Shown: piece by piece, positions 60,119-64,000 of the stretch | How positions within the stretch are numbered: the first letter of the stretch is position 1 | Layout: the number at the start of each line of letters is the position of its first letter | From: Betaproteobacteria bacterium | GTDB taxonomy: Bacteria; Pseudomonadota; Gammaproteobacteria; Burkholderiales; SG8-39 | DNA: 64,000 nt | Direction of reading: 5' to 3' | Assembly (NCBI GenBank): GCA_037443705.1 | Contig: JBBINV010000011.1 | Span: forward strand, 3,667 to 67,666 | The notes under the pieces: model-generated | Told to the model about the DNA's origin: nothing | Database searches by the model: none | What the model saw: the letters and a program-made list of their open reading frames with translations, nothing else | Program-made: the position numbers and the translations under genes

Positions 60119-61339
60119 ATGCTGCGCTTCATCACCGCGGGGAGCGTGGACGACGGCAAGAGCACGCTGATCGGCCGGCTGCTGCACGATTCGCGCGCCG
60201 TGCTCGCCGACCAGCTCGCGTCGCTCGCGCAGGCATCGAGCCGGCGCGGGTGCGACGGGATCGACCTTTCGCTCCTCACCGACGGGCTGGAGGCCGAGCG
60301 CGAGCAGGGCATCACGATCGACGTCGCCTACCGCTATTTCGCCACCGCGCGCCGCAAGTTCATCATCGCCGACACTCCGGGGCACGAGCAGTACACGCGC
60401 AACATGGCGACCGGGGCCTCGACCGCGGACGCCGCGGTGATCCTCGCTGACGCTGCAAAAGGCCTTCTGCCGCAGGGGCGCCGGCACCTCTGCCTCGCGC
60501 ACCTGTTCGGAATCCGGCATCTCGTGGTGGCGGTCAACAAGATGGACCTCGTGGGCTATCGCCAGGATGCGTTCGATCAGGTTCGATCCCGGTTCGAGGA
60601 ATTCGGCGCGAAGCTGGCGATTTCCGATCTGCGGTTCGTCCCTGTGTCGGCTCTGCGGGGCGACATGGTGGTCGATCGAGGGGAGGCAATGCAGTGGTAC
60701 GAGGGGCCGACGCTCCTCGAGCTGCTCGAGTCGATCGAGCCGGAAAGGGATGCCGTGCATCGGCCGTTGCGCTTTCCGGTGCAGCTCGTGCAGCGCGCGA
60801 ACGGCCGCCGCGCGTACCTCGGGCGCGTCGCCTCGGGCACGGTGCGCACGGACGCGGAGCTCCTTGTCTTTCCGCCCGGCCGCAGCACTTCGGTGAAAGC
60901 GATCCGGACCCACGACGGCGAGCGGGGCCTGGCGATGGCCGGCGAATCGGTAGCGCTCGAGCTCGCCGGCGAGCTCGACGTGGCGCGCGGCGCCCTGCTT
61001 GCGTCCGCGGTGCAGCCGCCGCGCGGCGCCGCCAGGCTCGGGGCGAAGCTCGTGTGGTTCGCCAGCGAGCCGCTCGAGCGGCGCCGCAGGTACGTCCTCA
61101 GGCACACGACTCGCACGGTCAAGGCGCGCGTCGCCTCGGTGGATCACGTCCTCGACATCCACACGCTTGAAAAGGAAGCCGGGAAAGACCGCGTGCGAAC
61201 GAACGACATCGCGCACGCGGAGCTCGCGCTCCAGCAGCCGGTCTACTTCGATCCCTACCGCGAGAACCGACCTACGGGCGCGTTCATCCTCGTGGACGAA
61301 GCGACGCACCAGACGGTCGCCGCCGGAATGATCGAATGA
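60119..61339 (+). CDS. cysN: Sulfate adenylyltransferase subunit 1 (GTPase, no APS kinase domain)
   Basis: GSVDDGKST, EREQGITIDVAYRYF, DTPGHEQYTRNM.TG, NKMD. Confidence 0.95.
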   Translation: MLRFITAGSVDDGKSTLIGRLLHDSRAVLADQLASLAQASSRRGCDGIDLSLLTDGLEAEREQGITIDVAYRYFATARRKFIIADTPGHEQYTRNMATGASTADAAVILADAAKGLLPQGRRHLCLAHLFGIRHLVVAVNKMDLVGYRQDAFDQVRSRFEEFGAKLAISDLRFVPVSALRGDMVVDRGEAMQWYEGPTLLELLESIEPERDAVHRPLRFPVQLVQRANGRRAYLGRVASGTVRTDAELLVFPPGRSTSVKAIRTHDGERGLAMAGESVALELAGELDVARGALLASAVQPPRGAARLGAKLVWFASEPLERRRRYVLRHTTRTVKARVASVDHVLDIHTLEKEAGKDRVRTNDIAHAELALQQPVYFDPYRENRPTGAFILVDEATHQTVAAGMIE

Positions 61340-61799
61340 GGACGGCCGCGCCGAGCGCGGCCAGCAGGGCGAACCAGGCGAGCGACCACTCGGCGATCGA
61401 CAGCCCGAGGAAGGTCCACTTCACCTCGGCGCACTGGCCTGAACCCGTGAAGAGCTTCTCGATCGTGCGCGCAATCGGCAGGTTCTCGAGCATGAAGAAG
61501 AGATCCGGCCCGCACGCCGGGACTTTCTCCGGCGGCAGGTGCTGCAGCCACACCTGGCGCGCCGCCACGCCGAAGCCGCCGAGGGCGAGAACGGTCGACG
61601 CAAGGGAATAAGCGGCCGGGGCGGCGCCATGGAACGCCCCCGCGGCGAATAAGATTCCCACGCCGTAATAAAAGCCGCGCTGGACGAGGCACAGCGGGCA
61701 GGGCTCCTGGCCCTGGAAGTACTGCAGGTAATAGCCCGTGGCGAGCAGCGTCGCGCAGGCGATCGCTCCCGAGAAGAAAAGGCTCCGGTTCCCTGTCAC
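61284..61799 (-). CDS. dsbB: Disulfide bond formation protein B
   Basis: GTG 61799; EPCPLC..QR; second Cys pair ACGPD...GQC; FLGLSI.EW; the 3' end overlaps the cysN 3' end. Confidence 0.88.
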   Translation of the reverse strand: MTGNRSLFFSGAIACATLLATGYYLQYFQGQEPCPLCLVQRGFYYGVGILFAAGAFHGAAPAAYSLASTVLALGGFGVAARQVWLQHLPPEKVPACGPDLFFMLENLPIARTIEKLFTGSGQCAEVKWTFLGLSIAEWSLAWFALLAALGAAVLIRSFRRRPSGASLRPRG

Positions 61800-62776
61800 T
61801 TCGATGCCGCGACCGATTGATCGATCGCGCCGAATATCGAGGCCCCGCGCGCGTCGCGCATCTCGATTCGCACGCGGTCGCCGGGCTTGAGGTAGGGCGT
61901 CGTCGCCTTGCCGCCACCCAGGATTTCCTCGGCGCGCCGCTCGAAGAGGCACCCCGCGCCCTTCGCGCGGTCGCGGTTCGAGATCGTGCCCGAGCCTACG
62001 ATCGTGCCGGCGGCGAGCGGCCGGGTCTTCGCGGCGTGCGCCACCAGGCGCGGGAAGTCGAACTGCATGTCGATTCCGGCATCGGGCTCGCCGAGAAGTT
62101 CCCCGTTGACCCACGCGCGCACCGTCCCGCGCACGCGCTTTCCGTCCCACGCTTGCCCCAGCTCCTCGGGCGTTACCGCCACCGGCCCGAAGGACGAGGG
62201 GGGCTTGCTGTGGAAGAACCCGAAGCCACGCGCAAGCTCGGCCGGCACCAGCTCGCGCAGACTGACGTCGTTCATCAGCAGGAAGAGCACGATGTGCTTC
62301 CCCGCCTCGTCCTTGTGCGCTCCCATTGGCACATCGTCCGTGATCACGGCGAGTTCCATCTCGAGATCGATCCCGTTCCCCGGGTCGGCGACGATGTCGT
62401 CGGCGGGCCCGAGGAGCGGCGCCGAGCATCCCTGGTACATGAGCGGCTCGCGCCTGGCATCCGCCGGCAGCGCGAGCTTCTGCGACTTGAGGATCAGCTC
62501 CGCGTGCGCCAGGTAGCTCGAGCCGTCGGCGAACTGCGTCGCACGCGGCAGCGGCGCCATCGCGGCGGCCGGGTCGAAGTCGAAGGCATTGCGTGCCTGA
62601 CCGGCCTCAAGGGCGGAAAAAAGGTCCTTCAGCTGGGGTTCGAGGTAGCTCCAATCGTCGAGCGCAGCCTGGAGCGTCGGCGCGATGGCATCGGCCTTCA
62701 CCGCGCGCTTCAGGTCGCGCGACACGACGAGGAGCGTGCCGTCCCGTGTGCCGTCTTTCAGGGTGGCGAGTTTCAT
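61796..62776 (-). CDS. Fumarylacetoacetate hydrolase family protein
   Basis: MKLATLKDGTRDG.L.VVSRDL, PLPRA.QFADGS.Y, D.E.E.AV, NDVSLR, SK, GSGT.SN. Confidence 0.9.
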   Translation of the reverse strand: MKLATLKDGTRDGTLLVVSRDLKRAVKADAIAPTLQAALDDWSYLEPQLKDLFSALEAGQARNAFDFDPAAAMAPLPRATQFADGSSYLAHAELILKSQKLALPADARREPLMYQGCSAPLLGPADDIVADPGNGIDLEMELAVITDDVPMGAHKDEAGKHIVLFLLMNDVSLRELVPAELARGFGFFHSKPPSSFGPVAVTPEELGQAWDGKRVRGTVRAWVNGELLGEPDAGIDMQFDFPRLVAHAAKTRPLAAGTIVGSGTISNRDRAKGAGCLFERRAEEILGGGKATTPYLKPGDRVRIEMRDARGASIFGAIDQSVAASK

Positions 62777-62830
62777 CGAAAAAAAACCGGGACAGACCCG
62801 GTTTTCGCCGGGTCTGTCCGGATTTTTCGA
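62776..62830. repeat. Long-arm palindromic element, subtype A (short loop)
   Basis: TCGAAAAAAAACCGGGACAGACCCGG-TTTTCG-CCGGGTCTGTCCGGATTTTTCGA; fills the whole gap between the TetR stop and the FAH start. Confidence 0.85.
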
Positions 62831-63418
62831 TTATCGCAGAAACAGGCGCGCGGCTTCGTCGGCGATCTGGTCGAGCGAGGCGCGGCCGCGCGCGCGGTAC
62901 CAGGTCGCGCTCCAATTGAGCGCGCCGAGCACGAACAGGCGCGCGAGATGCGCATCCCCATCGATGCGGCCGGCGCGCGCGAGCTCGTCGATCATCCTCT
63001 GCCAGAGCGCGTCGTAGCGGTCCTTGATCGCGAGCACGCGCCGGCGGCTGGCGGGGGTGAGCGAGCGCCAGTCGTAGAGCAGCACCGGAATGAAGTCGGC
63101 GTCCTCGCCGAGGATCGTGTCGAGCTGCGCGCGGATCAGCCGCCGGAACTTGTCCTCGGGCGCGAGCGGCGCGGCGAGCACCGCCTCCGAGCGCCTGAGC
63201 CCCTCGGCCAGGCCCTGCTCCATCACCGCGACCAGCATCTCCTGCTTGCTGCGGAAGTGGTAGAACGGACTCCCGGAATGCATCCCGGCGGCGGCCGAGA
63301 TGTCGCGGATCGTGGTGCCGTCGAAGCCCTTCTCGCGAAACAGACGCGCGCACACGCGCAGCAGGGCTTCGCGACGGTTGCCGTTGCTAGGCCGGCAACG
63401 CGCGCGCGATGAGGGCAT
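62831..63418 (-). CDS. TetR/AcrR-family regulator
   Basis: Probable ATG 63418; RLF.EKGFDGTTIRDI..AAG..SGS.FYHF.SK. Confidence 0.9.
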   Translation of the reverse strand: MPSSRARCRPSNGNRREALLRVCARLFREKGFDGTTIRDISAAAGMHSGSPFYHFRSKQEMLVAVMEQGLAEGLRRSEAVLAAPLAPEDKFRRLIRAQLDTILGEDADFIPVLLYDWRSLTPASRRRVLAIKDRYDALWQRMIDELARAGRIDGDAHLARLFVLGALNWSATWYRARGRASLDQIADEAARLFLR

Positions 63419-64000
63419 CGAACGGGGTGTCCGAGGCGAGGGTGCCGAACGCGCCACCGGCCTCGCCTTCGAGCCGCGAGCGGCAGAATGCGTCAAGAAC
63501 GAACCCGGGGGCGTGTCGCGCAAGCAGACTCGCCTGCAGTGCGAGCGCGAGGTCCTGCGTCAGGCGCCGCGCCGAGGCCTCCATGCCGGCCGCATCCGCA
63601 AGCCGGGACCTGAGGGACTCGCAGAAGCGGTCGTAGGCACGGTGCGCGCCGCGGGCCGTGTCCAGCTCCGCCGCGACCGCGTCCGTCACCTCGGGCGACT
63701 TGCGCAGCGCGCGCAGCACATCCAGGCACATGATGTTGCCCGAGCCTTCCCAGATGGAGTTCACGGGCATCTCGCGGAAGATGCGCGAGAGGCTCGACTC
63801 CTCGACGTAGCCGCTGCCCCCGATCACCTCCATCGCCTCTTGCGCGAAGTGCGCGCCGCGCTTGCAGATCCAGAATTTCGCTGCGGGCGTCAGCACGCGC
63901 GCAAGCAGCCGCTCGCGCTCATCCACCTGCGCGTCGTAGGCGCGCGAAAGCCGGATCGCGAGGGCGGTCGCGGCCTCCGACTCGAGCGCCAGGTCGGCGA
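63387..64000 (-). CDS. Acyl-CoA dehydrogenase (AidB-like), C-terminal part; gene starts beyond the window
   Basis: TPAAKFWICKR, EAMEV.GG.GYVEE, REMPVNSIWEGSGN...LDVLRA. Confidence 0.88.
   Translation of the reverse strand, partial: ADLALESEAATALAIRLSRAYDAQVDERERLLARVLTPAAKFWICKRGAHFAQEAMEVIGGSGYVEESSLSRIFREMPVNSIWEGSGNIMCLDVLRALRKSPEVTDAVAAELDTARGAHRAYDRFCESLRSRLADAAGMEASARRLTQDLALALQASLLARHAPGFVLDAFCRSRLEGEAGGAFGTLASDTPFDALIARALPA

Noticed and set aside
63382-63400. CGTTGC-N7-GCAACG palindrome as a TetR operator
   Set aside because: Short 6-bp arms inside overlapping coding sequence in GC-rich DNA; could easily be chance.

Overview
GC-rich, compact chromosomal segment. The gene order (mla-murA-his-tat...degQ-petABC-sspAB-tRNA-Thr) is typical of a Betaproteobacterium; this assignment is inferred from synteny only. 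From left to right: (1-2.4 kb) ExeA/MshM-type ATPase, sigma-54 response regulator and ABC ATPase; (2.4-17.8 kb) mlaFEDACB, yadGH-like ABC, bolA, murA, hisGDCBHAFIE, HIT protein, tatABC; (17.8-25 kb) a sigma-54-activated LIV-type ABC importer with a PhaZc-like esterase; (25-30.2 kb) degQ-like protease, petABC, sspAB, tRNA-Thr(TGT); (30.2-54 kb) an accessory/metabolic stretch with a cytochrome c5 fused to a P19-like domain, an HDOD protein, a divergent cofD coupled to moxR-DUF58 (frameshifted)-transglutaminase, fadH, ada-alkA/ogt, paaKIY/paaF-like genes, MFS, fadD, DMT transporters, an AAA_14/DUF4143 ATPase-nuclease preceded by three 22-bp-period repeats, and a penicillin-acylase-family gene; (54-64 kb) phaZ, cysB, cysI-DUF934-cysH-cysD-cysN, dsbB, FAH-family protein, TetR and a partial acyl-CoA dehydrogenase. 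I saw no integrase, transposase, prophage or CRISPR array. The most unusual signals are non-coding: six long-arm palindromic elements (one read in-frame inside the acylase spacer peptide, others abutting or supplying start codons), the 22-bp repeat triplet, and a recurring pattern of a -10 box 6-8 nt upstream of a start codon, which suggests many leaderless mRNAs. All product calls come from recognising motifs by eye; no database searches were run.
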